From Ruditapes philippinarum (lineage: Eukaryota), in the NCBI RefSeq assembly GCF_026571515.1, contig NW_026861419.1, positions 124,001 to 188,000 of the forward strand: a stretch of 64,000 nt of DNA. Reading direction: 5' to 3'. Made by a program: the position numbers and the translations under genes. Within the stretch, counting starts at the first letter, position 1. Each line of letters begins with the position of its first letter. Below, piece after piece: positions 39,801-48,689 of the stretch. The notes under the pieces are model-generated. The model had not been told where the DNA came from and ran no database searches. It saw only the letters and a list, made by a program, of their open reading frames with translations.

Positions 39801-42800
39801 TTCCTGTGAAGAAAATGTGTTTTCATAAACTGTGCGCATGCCATAACAGTAAGAAAGATGATTACTTTTATTTTTGAAAAGCAGTTATGATGATCAAAAA
39901 TATTTATTTAACTGGCTATATGGCTTATTGGTCCAGTATAAATTATTGTAGTTTTATCTATCTTTAGCCAATATGTGAGAGTTTTATTACAAACAATCGT
40001 TTATACCCAGCCATATAACACAATTGAGTTATTTGGGAGATATCAATTACTTTATGATGTTTTTGCCAAGTATATAAAAATACAAATTTCTGCATTATTC
40101 AATGCAAGTAAACGTTACAAGTGTGCAGTTCAATAAAAGATATTTTAGGCATATATTAATAGTTCTATAGCTGTTCATTAAATTAAGCAACTACTGAAAA
40201 AAGTTGGTTATAAAACAAGCCATTATTCCCCTTTTGTATTATGTAAGAATTTTGAACATGTGGTATCTTGATTTCTTTTTAACAGTTGAATGTGTCCGAC
40301 ACAGGCCAGGCTACTTTGCAAAAAAAATATACAAATCTATGAAGGTTTGTATAACAATATTGTTTTGCCTCTTTTCACAGCTGAAATACAATTGCTTGTT
40401 AATTTCTAAAGACGGGGGTAACATGTTTCTAATCCAGGTACATATATTTTATCTGCTGGCAGCAACTGAATTACTCTTGTTACCAGTGCAAATTACGATC
40501 AGATGTCACATCTGTGCCATTTGATTATGATCTGCAGAGTTCAATAGGTAAAATTTTTCAGGTAAATTAGTTTTTAAGCAATTTGCCTTATGTTTTTGGT
40601 TTTTAATACACCCGAAAACACTCTTTTAGTAATGTTAAATTAAGGGTTTTCGGGTTTCTTTCATTTAGAAGCTGGACCTATGCTGCTTTAGCAGTTATTT
40701 TGAAATTTCCCTAAGATGATGAGGGGTGTCCATGGTCGAGTGATTAAGGTCGTTGACTTTAAGCCATTTGCCCCTCACCGCTGTGGGTTCGACTCCGGAC
40801 AGACAAGAACTTTGATTTTTTCATGTCAAAAACCTATCAAGCTAGCTAACAAAATGTCATTGGTTCTGCTATTGGTGCCTGTGCGTAGCTGAAATAATGC
40901 ACGAAAGGGTGCCTGAGCTCTTCCTCCTACAGTAAAGCTAGCAAATTACCATATGACCTACACTGTGTTGTTGAGACGTACGAGTAAAACGCAACCAAAA
41001 AACAATAAATATGATGATTATTTGCCCAAATTGAATGAAAGACATACCCAATTAAAATAGTTAGCGTCCAAATGGTTGAAAATACAGATAAATGAACAAT
41101 ATTTTTAACAGCAGCATAAATGCACAGATTACCGATATAAATCAATATCAGTTCTCTGAATGTTGACTATTACAGGATGCTTCTACAGATCATAGAACAT
41201 TAATTCGAATCATGGTAACAAGGGCAGAGGTTGATATGGAACAGATCAAACAAGTTTTCCAGAAGATGTATGGTCAAAGTTTGGAACAATTTGTTAGGGT
41301 TAGTATAGACTGTATTTATATCTTATCTTCTAAAAGCTATCCTGTATGTGAACTGGTCTGCAGACTGTATTCTATGTTTTAGCTTGAATAAATTAAACGC
41401 AAAACAATACGCTCATTGTTGTTAAATTTTGTTATCCATTTCAGGAAGGATTTACTGACAAATTTAATGACTGTTATTATTTATAATGATGCCTTTAAAA
41501 TTGGGTATTATAAAATATTTTCTGTTAAACAGTCTAATTAATAAATTATTTACATATTGAATATATTATACGAATGTGAAAATAATATATAGTATATGTC
41601 TGTAGAGTGAAATATTATTCTTTCAGATGCTTTGTTTCAAAACAAATATATCATATACATTTGTATATTGGCATGTAGAATTGTACTCCAAACAAGTTTA
41701 AAATATATTTACTACAACCTATTTCAAGATATTTTCAGTATTGGTATTTGTGTTGTGTTTTCTATAGAATACTATGTTAGTATAATGTAGGAAATTATTT
41801 TGAACTTTATTTTTCAAAATATTATAAAGGTTTTTAATTGCGAGGAAATAATTAAATACATACAATTATTTATTCCCTTTAATAAGAATTGACTGAAGAT
41901 CGTTCAGATAATTTATTCTGTTAGTTTTATGAGGTCTTGTACAGGTAATTTATTGCCAGGAAGGTAGGATTTCAATCAGACAGTTAAGCTAGACTTGTTC
42001 CTGTTCAATTATAACAGGTCTATGATTTAACATATTTGAATTTCCTGCAAATGTTAAAAACTAGTTGCTATGACTAAATGAGCACAAAGTGCTTAGGTGG
42101 TGGCTTTTTTGATAGCCCAGTGTTCATCAAATGTTGTATGTTAGTATTCACAATGTTTTTAAACAACGTCTTCTTTTAAGCCTAAAATGGTCCTTCAATA
42201 GGATTATTTTATCCATTTTACATTTGACTTACGTAAGCGATATAGACCTTCTTTGTTCTTATGTTAAATAGTACTTTTAAACCAGGTTTGCCTGTTTTGG
42301 TATTGATCAGTTGTATGCTTCTTGTTTTATTAGATAAGTCATATAATTTAGAGATATTACTCCCATCATTAATTACTTTTCATTCTTATGATGTACTGAA
42401 ATGATTTATTTGAAGTTCATACTAATTTAAATATTGCTTTCACTGTATGAAGAACCATATATTTCTTAATTGCGACAAGTAGTTGTCTGGATATTAAATT
42501 TTTGTGCCCCCACTATAGGAGGGAGTATATTTACCCTTTTCCGTCCGTCCATTCATTCTCATGTTGTGATGCACGTAGCACAAAAAAAAATTCAACCTAG
42601 AGTCATGAAACTTGAAAGAAAAGTTGGGCAGTATGTGTGCTGCTGTGCACCAGGTGTTTTGCTTGTGGATTTATTCTGTTTTGTCAGAGTTATTGCCCTT
42701 GACTAAGTAAAAATTTGTTATTTTTTAATTTGTGTCGCATATAACTCAAAAAGTCTACGGTCATGAAAATTTACAGGAATATTGATCAGCATGTGAGGTT

Positions 42801-45800
42801 GTGCACCTTGGGGTGTGCTTGTAGATTTATTCAGAGTTATTGTCCTTGACTTAGTTAAAATTTGCAATTTTCAACTTCGGTCGAGCGTAGCTAAAATAGT
42901 ATTTACCATAGAGTCATGATACTTTACAGGAATGTTGATCAGCATGTGTAATTCTGTATAAGGGTTTCGCTTGTAGACTTTTTCAGTATTACTAGAGTTA
43001 TTGCCCTTTGAATTAGTAAACATTTGCAATATTCAACTTGTGTCGTGTGTAGCTCGAAAAGTATTTGACCTAAAATCATTAAACTTTATAGTAATGTGTG
43101 TTGGCATGTGTAGTTGTGCGCCTTATGGTTTGCTTGTAGATGTATTTAGTATTTGTAGAGTGTTTGCCCTTGACATAGTATACGATTTACAGTTTTCAAC
43201 TTGTGTCACGTGTAGCCCAAACAATATTTGACCTAGAGCCATTATGGCAGTGTGAATAGTCATTCACATGTATGTAATATATTTGTATCAAATTTATCAA
43301 TAAGTGATCACTTCCCTGTCTGTTTCATTAGAACAGTTAAATCACGAGTTAAACGTGGTTTCCATAAGACAATGAAATATAGATCATTCAAGACATTTAT
43401 ATAATGAACAATCTTTTCAGACTGATTTAGCTCGATCTTCTCTAGAATCTGTGGAGTATATTGTTGATCCAAATTTAGCTTTACAAACCTTTTTTTCAAT
43501 AGTAAAAGATATTATTACCAAACATGCTCCAATAAAAGAAAAGAGAATTAAATTTGATGCACAGCCTAAATGGTTCACTGATGAAATTAAAGCAATGATA
43601 TTTTTAAGAGATAAATATCACAAAAATGGAGATTTCGATAATTATAAATTATTACGAAATAAAATAAACTCAGAGATTAAGAAAAGCAAAAAGAATTTCT
43701 TCAATAATGCAATAAATGAAAGAAAAAATCCAAAATACATTTGGCAAAATTTAATGATTTAACTAATTTAGGTAAAAAGGAAAATGTACTTATTCCCGAA
43801 CGGCTCACTTTTGGCGATACTACATTTACTGATCATGCTAATATTATAAATGAATTGAACAAACATTTTGTAAACATTTCTAATATTGTCGAAAAAGTAC
43901 AGTTATCTAACGACGAATTTAAAATATTGAAGGATAAGTTAGATAATAAATTGAAATGGAAAGAATTCAAAATTTAAAGCATTTCTGCATTTGAAGTTGA
44001 AAACATTATTAATAAACTAGATGCAAATAAGGCCACTGGACTAGATGAACTAGGTCCAAAAATAATAAATCGTGTGGTGACTTTGTGACCCCAATGATTG
44101 CTAGCATAATTAATAACAGTATAAGACAAGGAATATTTCCCGATGAATTAAAAAATGCCCGAGTTATTCCAATTTTCAAATCTGGACTGAAAGATGATCC
44201 GAGCAACTATCGACCTATTTTTATCTTGCCTACAATATCTAAGATTTTTGAACGTCACATAGCTAATCAGTTACAGCATTTTTTCCAAAAAACAAATATT
44301 TTACATAATAAACAATCAGGATTTCGAAAGAATCATTCATGCAATACGGCCCTAATTCATTTGATAGACTCCTGGCTAAAAGATGTTGATAGTGGCAAAT
44401 ATATAGGTACAGTATTTTTAGACCTGCAAAATGCGTTTGATTTAGTTGACCATGAAATACTTTTATATAAACTCAAACTTTATCACTTTTCTGTCACATC
44501 ATTAAAACTGTTTCATTCGTATCTGTCTAATCGTATGCAAATAATTTAAATTGGAGACTTAAAATCTGACGTACAGTATGTTACCTCTGGCGTTCCACAA
44601 GGCTCAATATTAGGTCCTTTACTGTTTCTTCTTTATATAAATGATCTCCCAAATATTTGCGAGGATGTTAACATAGATTTATATGCTGATGATTCCACGT
44701 TGCATAAATCTGGAGATGACATATCAGTTATAGAAGAAAAACTACAATATAGCCTTAATATGATTACTAAGTGGTGTAAAATAAATAATATGCTTTTACA
44801 CCCTAAAAAATCTAAAAGTATGCTGGTAGGTAGTAGACAAAAGCTAAAGATTGCAAAAGCAATAAATTTGAAAATTAACGACTCAACTCTTGACAATGTA
44901 GAATCACAAAAACTGCTTGGTATTTATGTTGAAAATACACTCAATTGGCACTGTCAGGTAAATGATGTGTGTAAAAAATTGAACTCTAAAGTTAATTTAT
45001 TTAGGCGTATAAAGTACTTTTTAAATAAGGAATCTCGCATGCTTTTTTATAATGCATACCTTCTTCCTATTTTTGATTATTGTTGTAATATATGGGGAAA
45101 AGAAAACAAAAAATATATATGCCAAATATACAAAATACAAACACGAATTTGCAAAATTATTCTAGACCTTCCAATGAGAAAACAATCAGAAAATTTATAC
45201 AAAAGATTAAAAATATTGCCTTTCAAGAAAAGATGTATTTTTCACAGCGGTGTCCAAGTATATAAAGCATTGAATAATATGTCCCCTCAATATATCCGAG
45301 ACTTACTTACCATATCTAATAATCAAAAGTATAATCTAAGATCGATATCTCACGGAAATTTAATTTCGTCTTACAAACCACGTACTAATTTTTTTAATGA
45401 CACATTCCAATTTAATACCATGGTTATTTGGAATTCCATACCACTGACTATAAGAAGAAAAACAAAATTGTCAATATTTAAGAAATGTTTCAAGAAATAC
45501 TTATTTAATCAAATTTAGCACGGTCCGTATGTCTTATATATACAGGATACGCTCTTTATATTCATACATGTGTTTTTTTATTATTATGTTTTCTAATAAT
45601 GGGTGTCTGTCTTAGTTTCAAGTTTTTTGACTCTGTTAATTTTGTAAGTTAATTTTACTTTTTAAATTGCAGATTAAAATGATGCACTGATGAAAGTATT
45701 ATGTTTAATGATAAATAAAATGAATTGTATGAATGTTCAGTATATGTGTTAATATATGTTAAAATTGTGATAACCATTTAATCATTTCTTTTTACATGTT

Positions 45801-47529
45801 ATATCGATGGCTCAGCGCAATACTGGTCTAACTGCTATTTTTGAAAATGTTCAGGAGAGACAAAAAACTGATTTTATTCAAAAATAATTATATTAGAAAA
45901 CTTTATTTTGCTATGTTAACATTAATTATATAAGGAAATAATGCCATTTATATATTTTTTATTTAAATGTTACAAATTGTGTATTTGAGAGTTAGACCTT
46001 TATTGCGCTGAAATTCTGAGCACAATACAAGACTTACTTGAGTTAGACTCAAATTCCCTCTTGCAATTTGGTAAAAGTGGTACAAATATTTGAGTTAGAC
46101 GTACCTTACATATTTTGATATAAATGAAAAACAAAATTGTTTTATTAATTTAAACATTGTTTAAAATATTCTGCAAGGCTGTAGAAGAACTTTACAAAGA
46201 CTAAATCCTTTAATATTTTTCTATTAATATATCATGCGGGCTGACTTTAGATGAAAGTACACTTCTTTCTTCTTTTTCAATTTGTTTGAGTAAGATTTTT
46301 TGCAGATTATCTGTGCAATAAATTTGAATTCTAAACAAAATGCAAACAGTTTTGATTCATATATTGTTATGAACAGTCATCATGAACAATGATGACTGAT
46401 GATCCAGGTATATATCATGATGTCATCAAAGTTTGAAAACAGGGAATGTACATTTTGTATAACCCACATTTGTACAAAGAAGACATATTTTATTTTCTCA
46501 ATGCACACTATTACCACCATTGGTGCTTAAATGGTGTGATTCCGATATTACTGTTATGCACTAAATCTTAATGAATTTAATGTATGCGGTTGTCTTTTCT
46601 GATGGTATAATCATTTATAAATATCAAATATTTTCAAAAATGGCAGTGAAACAATGTACAGTCTTAAGCAGAACACATTATATAAATATGAAAAAAGTGT
46701 AAAATTAAGAATTAGGAAATCTAAGGTCAAACTAAAAAAAAACAATTTTTAGAGGGGATCAGAGGTTATGAATCCCTAGTGTAACGCGTGTTATTTTCCA
46801 TTTTAAATGTGTGCATGAGAAACATACACTGTCTTTTACTAAATTGTACAAAAATGATAGTTTCACCTGCACTTTATGTTATCAAATAATACAGTATGAG
46901 TATGATGTAATGACTTCAAAGGCAAAATAAATGTGACACTAAGTTATAATTAATTTTTTTCAAGATTTTTCATTTACAGTTACTTGTACATGATATGCAA
47001 TTGGCTAATATTTCGCGATTAATACAAAGCACTGATGGAGGCAAATAATTTCTATTGTTTCATGAATTCTCACATTCCTTATAACACATTTCAATGGGAT
47101 ATGCATATTATTCTGTACCTGGAAATGAAACATTTAAGGTCTAACTCAAGCATTTTTGTGGAAAAGTGATATATTTGACATCGCAATAAGAGACCAACTC
47201 AAGTTAGACCTATATTGCACTGACGAAATTGAACTACCTGAGATAGTCTTTTATTTTAAATGTAAATAAAAAAGGCAAAATAGGCATAAATTACCCTAAA
47301 ATTTTCACAGAATGTGTATTTGACCTTACATTATCAAAATATGTAAAAAAGTGATTTTTGGTAAAAATGTCACTTAGACCAGTATTGCGCTGAGCCATCG
47401 ATATTATCTTTGATTGATATGTGTTCTTTTGTGTGTGTTTTTATTTTTTATTTTTATTTTAGAAGGCTGCATTGTAAATAAGATGTTGCAATCTGTATAT
47501 GTCTTAATGTGTTACCTTCGGTAAATAAA

Positions 47530-47566
<37 letters not shown>

Positions 47567-47960
47567 GATTGACAAGACTTGGAGTATGGGGGCACCCGTG
47601 TCCTATGGACACATTTCAAGTATATATATTGAAATAAGAAAAAATAATTTGAAAAACACGTTGGCAAAATATTGCTTTGGTCAGAGTTATACCCTTTGAA
47701 CTTAATTGAATTGTTGAAGTTGGATTTAAGGGGTTGAGAAGAAGAGCAAGAGATAAAGGTGATGGCCTAAGAGCACATTCCTAGTAGCTTGTTGTCTATG
47801 CCATGTTTCCCACATACATTCCTTGTATATTTTTCCATCTTTTGTATGTATCTTTTGTGATTTTTGTAATTGGCACAAAGTGTTTTTCTGTAAATTTCAG
47901 GACGCTGTTTCTAGCGAATACAGTCGTGTAATACTTGGAATGATTGGCGCAGGCTACTAG
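3238..47960 (+). CDS. Predicted 15-exon gene, 714 aa: CXorf38/DUF4559-like HEPN domain + coiled coil + divergent annexin core. join(3238..3822,5892..6047,6905..7087,10249..10431,10620..10724,28549..28630,31920..32014,34003..34116,35621..35711,36336..36415,37028..37084,39400..39571,40286..40344,41176..41298,47901..47960)
   Basis: All introns are GT..AG and phase-compatible; 2145 nt with no internal stop; in-frame TAA at 3226-3228 upstream of ATG 3238; TAG at 47958-47960. Exons 1-5 have no stop codon and exons 6-15 have no start upstream of the annexin core. The exon 5 to exon 6 splice is inferred. Confidence 0.7.
3832..5678 (+). mobile_element. Second copy of the same tandem-core element, about 9 units, in intron 1
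   Basis: Same termini and unit as 494..1785; the 3' 400 bp are nearly identical. Confidence 0.85.
5892..6047 (+). CDS. Coding exon 2: HEPN motif exon (VLDSRNQLMHSPNNKMTDSDTCNILQWTKKLLDCLDIAEKTYYNNAVQELQD)
   Basis: TTTCAG acceptor, GTAAGT donor, phase 0/0, 156 nt; R-N-x3-H at 5904-5921 resembles CXorf38 RNEIMHS. Confidence 0.88.
6360..6805 (-). repeat. Diverged, partial reverse copy of the hairpin-bearing element at 10800-11550
   Basis: 6725-6790 is the reverse complement of 10803-10866; 6600-6655 matches 11001-11050; 6363-6386 matches 11250-11270. Confidence 0.65.
6905..7087 (+). CDS. Coding exon 3: helical linker (LSENDFVLRYQ...LQDMLESIAALR)
   Basis: Polypyrimidine tract + TAAG acceptor, GTATGT donor, open 183 nt, phase 0/0. 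Confidence 0.8.
7925..10143 (+). mobile_element. 5'-truncated, decayed L1/Tx1-clade LINE (RT + C-terminal zinc finger)
   Basis: Frameshifted motifs GFIKNRFIG, LDFRYAFDTI, RGLRQGCGIS, QLADDTT, GGLNMID, CVLCNCTDSTEHFYIHC; A-rich tail near 10128-10143. Confidence 0.88.
10249..10431 (+). CDS. Coding exon 4: charged helical segment (STTNTRLEMKLSKYK...KREVKKAI)
   Basis: TTTAG acceptor, GTATGT donor, open 183 nt, phase 0/0; in frame with ORF 10267..10479. Confidence 0.8.
10620..10724 (+). CDS. Coding exon 5: coiled coil (KQMQKLEPEEMADEIKKLRKENESLKCENEQYNTA)
   Basis: TAG acceptor after pyrimidine tract, GCG|GTAAGT donor, phase 0/0; heptad pattern I-x2-L-x6-L. Confidence 0.82.
10800..11550 (+). mobile_element. 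Non-autonomous element with a 150-bp imperfect hairpin (possibly Crypton-type)
   Basis: Arms at about 10802-10866 and 10888-10952 (ATATCGGT..ACCGGTTT..TTTTGATGCG / CGCATCAAAA..AAACCGGT..ACCGATAT). Family assignment is tentative. Confidence 0.5.
11799..12216 (-). mobile_element. Truncated tandem-core (HINE-type) element fragment
   Basis: AACAAGAG terminus; GACCTTGAACTTTGACC...AAGTTTGAA core unit. Confidence 0.5.
14100..14755 (-). pseudogene. TatD-family DNase/metallo-hydrolase pseudogene inside the Gypsy element
   Basis: Ordered TatD-like motifs across frameshifts: DSHFH, IAVGLHP, QHIQHYYLTG (for IHLHCFTG), YFGFT, LLD*DAPY (for LLETDAPY). Confidence 0.8.
16062..16207 (-). pseudogene. PHD finger at the C-terminus of the Gypsy integrase
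   Basis: EVYCICRKPQNG / KFMIMCKYCNEWLHGSCV / LEIDRYKCLACK gives C4-H-C3 across two frameshifts. Confidence 0.85.
18777..19125 (+). mobile_element. SINE 3' portion (same family as 26400-27110) inserted into the Gypsy RT
   Basis: GTGACACTTG..TTGTGGGCCTATTAA..CCTTTCCTTGTTGATCTTG shared with the other copies; interrupts RT. Confidence 0.8.
20890..23415 (-). mobile_element. BEL/Pao LTR retrotransposon 5' fragment (short LTR, PBS, gag, protease)
   Basis: DUF1759-type gag LPKLEMTSFSG..WVEFWDSFESAV..KFNYLKGKLTGEA; knuckles CRFCNKDHWSDEC and CVYC..HHRSLC; protease LLDSGS; FWNFES motif at the truncation; PBS-like TGGTGTCGTG at 23291-23300; TGTTGC..GCTAC segment 23415 to 23301. Confidence 0.88.
23445..23705 (-). 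mobile_element. SINE tail copy
   Basis: Reverse complement of the 18777-19125 family. Confidence 0.75.
25740..25970 (-). mobile_element. SINE partial copy
   Basis: ATTAATAGGCCCACAA..GACGAGAAAACA..CAAAGACATAC shared with 26820-26990. Confidence 0.7.
26400..27110 (-). mobile_element. MetaSINE-like element, interrupted at about 26440-26640
   Basis: Minus strand reads GTGAGATTTGGTGCATCATTAACTGGTTTAATCACCCC..GCCGCTTCAAGACAGCGC, resembling the Meta domain as I recall it, followed by the shared pyrimidine-rich tail. Confidence 0.65.
27760..28030 (+). mobile_element. SINE tail copy
   Basis: Same family; GGGGGTTGCGTTC..GAACGCCGCC..TTGTTGATCTT. Confidence 0.7.
28549..28630 (+). CDS. Coding exon 6: start of annexin core (QNGTLRQAAKFNAENDAIILSEAMKGL)
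   Basis: T-rich tract + CAG acceptor (phase 0), GTGAGT donor (phase 1); annexin GT...F.AE.DA..L..AMKG pattern. Confidence 0.92.
28915..29600 (+). mobile_element. Tandem-core element, about 155-bp units
   Basis: GCATATAGT..GTCCGTCC head; ATAACTCTGAAACTA unit at about 29105, 29262, 29415, 29571. Confidence 0.75.
30630..30885 (+). mobile_element. Decayed V-SINE (RUDI-like)
   Basis: GGTGGTTCTACTCAGGTGC..CCTCCACC..AAAGCTGGAAA matches the copy at 40723. Confidence 0.75.
31030..31185 (-). mobile_element. CORE-type SINE fragment
   Basis: GTTCCTGGAACCAAC..TCTTGTTAAAGGACACAAC..ACCACTTGACCA resembles a reversed tRNA head plus CORE domain. Confidence 0.5.
31920..32014 (+). CDS. Coding exon 7: annexin repeat 1 (NIDEKAIIDILANRTNNQRQDIEQKFKTCFGK)
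   Basis: 95 nt, a typical annexin exon size; TTTCAG/GTAAAA. Confidence 0.95.
32345..33484 (+). mobile_element. Complete pearl/HINE-type element, about 160-bp units
   Basis: TTTTAGCTCA..GGTGAGCT head, GTCC microsatellite, AAATTGGCCCCGCCCCAGG unit x4, CAGGTAAGCGA..GGCCCTCTTGTT end. Confidence 0.85.
34003..34116 (+). CDS. Coding exon 8: annexin repeat 1/2 (ALTEELKCKLGGKFKDVMIDLMWTPEEFDSYELKNAMT)
   Basis: 114 nt, typical annexin exon; CAG/GTAAAT. Confidence 0.95.
34881..35546 (+). mobile_element. Internally deleted Tc1/mariner element
   Basis: TIRs 34881-34913 / 35514-35544 followed by TA; transposase C-terminus LEQALHQEWPNLPQNRIKRFTGSMRRRVEAIIRAHGGYTRY* at about 35090-35240. Confidence 0.88.
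35621..35711 (+). CDS. Coding exon 9: annexin repeat 2 (GICTDRDAMIEILCSRNNAQIQKINEAYLR)
   Basis: 91 nt; TTTCAG/GTAAGT; IEILCSR motif. Confidence 0.95.
36336..36415 (+). CDS. Coding exon 10: annexin repeat 2 (MYKWRLEQDIINETSGHFKELMVSLAN)
   Basis: 80 nt; TTTCAG/GTAAGT; ETSGHF motif. Confidence 0.95.
36427..36474. repeat. (GTGC)n/(GC)n microsatellite
   Basis: Direct reading, just after the exon 10 donor. Confidence 0.9.
37028..37084 (+). CDS. Coding exon 11: annexin repeat 2-3 linker (GERMENQAVDMNKANSDAQ)
   Basis: 57 nt; TTTAG/GTATGT. Confidence 0.93.
37150..39005 (-). mobile_element. Decayed Penelope-like retroelement (RT + GIY-YIG), split by a HINE
   Basis: FDVVSLYTNI, GTIMGTKDAPTYA, KRYLDD, and CGLC...MDCTVKNVLYVLIYNGWNEFYI. 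Confidence 0.85.
37422..38175 (+). mobile_element. HINE-type element with alternating A/B units of about 144 bp
   Basis: AGCTCACCTG head, CAGGTGAGCGA end; AACACTCTAG-like marker at about 37499, 37645, 37785, 37931, 38076. Confidence 0.85.
39400..39571 (+). CDS. Coding exon 12: annexin repeat 3 (FLVQAEISKMGTEKSRMIEIMALQSYEQLRALFNEYTSISGRSIEMSEILDVEMLPV)
   Basis: 172 nt; CAG/GTGAGT; SYEQLRA.F.EY motif. Confidence 0.92.
40286..40344 (+). CDS. Coding exon 13: annexin repeat 3-4 (IECVRHRPGYFAKKIYKSMK)
   Basis: 59 nt; CAG/GTTTGT; PGYFA..IY.SMK motif. Confidence 0.95.
40723..41010 (+). mobile_element. Full-length tRNA-derived V-SINE (RUDI-like)
   Basis: A box TGGTCGAGTGATTAAG, B box GGTTCGACTCC, TGAAATAATGCACG core, A-rich tail. 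Confidence 0.85.
41176..41298 (+). CDS. Coding exon 14: annexin repeat 4 (DASTDHRTLIRIMVTRAEVDMEQIKQVFQKMYGQSLEQFVR)
   Basis: 123 nt; CAG/GTTAGT; TLIRIMVTRAEVD motif. Confidence 0.95.
43240..47565 (+). mobile_element. 5'-truncated L2/CR1-group LINE with frameshifted ORF2 and (ATT)n tail
   Basis: PKWFT, KATGLD, NYRPI, QSGFR, FLDLQNAFDLVDH, GVPQGSILGP, YADD, WNSIP; AATAAAG(TTA)n at 47524-47566. Confidence 0.92.
45805..47400. mobile_element. Non-autonomous TIR DNA transposon (Sola1-like), 1596 bp
   Basis: Perfect 27-bp TIR CGATGGCTCAGCGCAATACTGGTCTAA; ATAT on both flanks (45801-45804, 47401-47404); subterminal GAGTTAGAC repeats. Superfamily inferred from the 4-bp AWWT target. Confidence 0.85.
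47901..47960 (+). CDS. Coding exon 15: annexin C-terminus (DAVSSEYSRVILGMIGAGY*)
   Basis: TTTCAG acceptor phase 0; aligns to DTSGDY..LL.L; TAG stop; AATAAA at 48162-48167 is a candidate polyA signal. Confidence 0.88.
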   Translation, partial: DAVSSEYSRVILGMIGAGY

Positions 47961-48689
47961 AACCACTACTTGATGTACTTGACTCAGTTTTGTTTTAGTT
48001 AGTTTTAGTATATATATATAATCATCCTGATCTCTTTCTTTATTCCCCCCCCCCTACTTATTTCCTTTTTTTATCATGTCATTACATTGATTTCAGTTGA
48101 TTAAGTGCATGCTTGATCAGTCACCCACAGCTTAATCAGAAACCATATCAATATATATTGAAATAAAATGATAAAAATGTCATATCTTAAACTCTTACTA
48201 GTTTGAAAATATTAAACTGATTATCTTTTTAATCAGATAGAATTTTTGAATATTAATGTCTCTCTTACATTTGACTAAACACATTCAGGACCATTACCAA
48301 TTGTTATGACATTGGCATATTAATGCGCACGGACGTGAACTTTAGAGATTTTTGACAGATTTTTGTTTTCATTTGGTTAAAACATATTTTATTCGATACA
48401 TTTACATTATGATGATCAATATATACACAATACATTTGGAATTGGACAGAAAGCTATATTGTCTTGATATTAATAACGTCCACGAATATATTGACAAGAT
48501 GTATTTTCATCGAGTGGTATGGAAATAAATATTTCCTGAGTTGCGGTATTATTTTTAAAATTATTCTTATTCTATTTTTGACATTACAATTTAAAAGACT
48601 TGCCCTAAAAGTGTGTATATTGGCTGAATTTAGAAGAAAGAAGTCCGGCAAGACACAAGTGAAAATGTAATGAAGAATAGATTTTTACA

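Larger units (their letters stand above)
42499..47620 (+). mobile_element. Tandem-core element (about 154-bp units) split by a LINE: 42499-43240 and 47566-47620
   Basis: GTGCCCCCA head pairs with TGGGGGCAC and a GTGTCC-TAT-GGACAC hairpin at about 47587-47612. Confidence 0.8.

Noticed and set aside
40723-40800. tRNA gene
   Set aside because: A and B boxes are followed by a SINE body and tail; no convincing cloverleaf.
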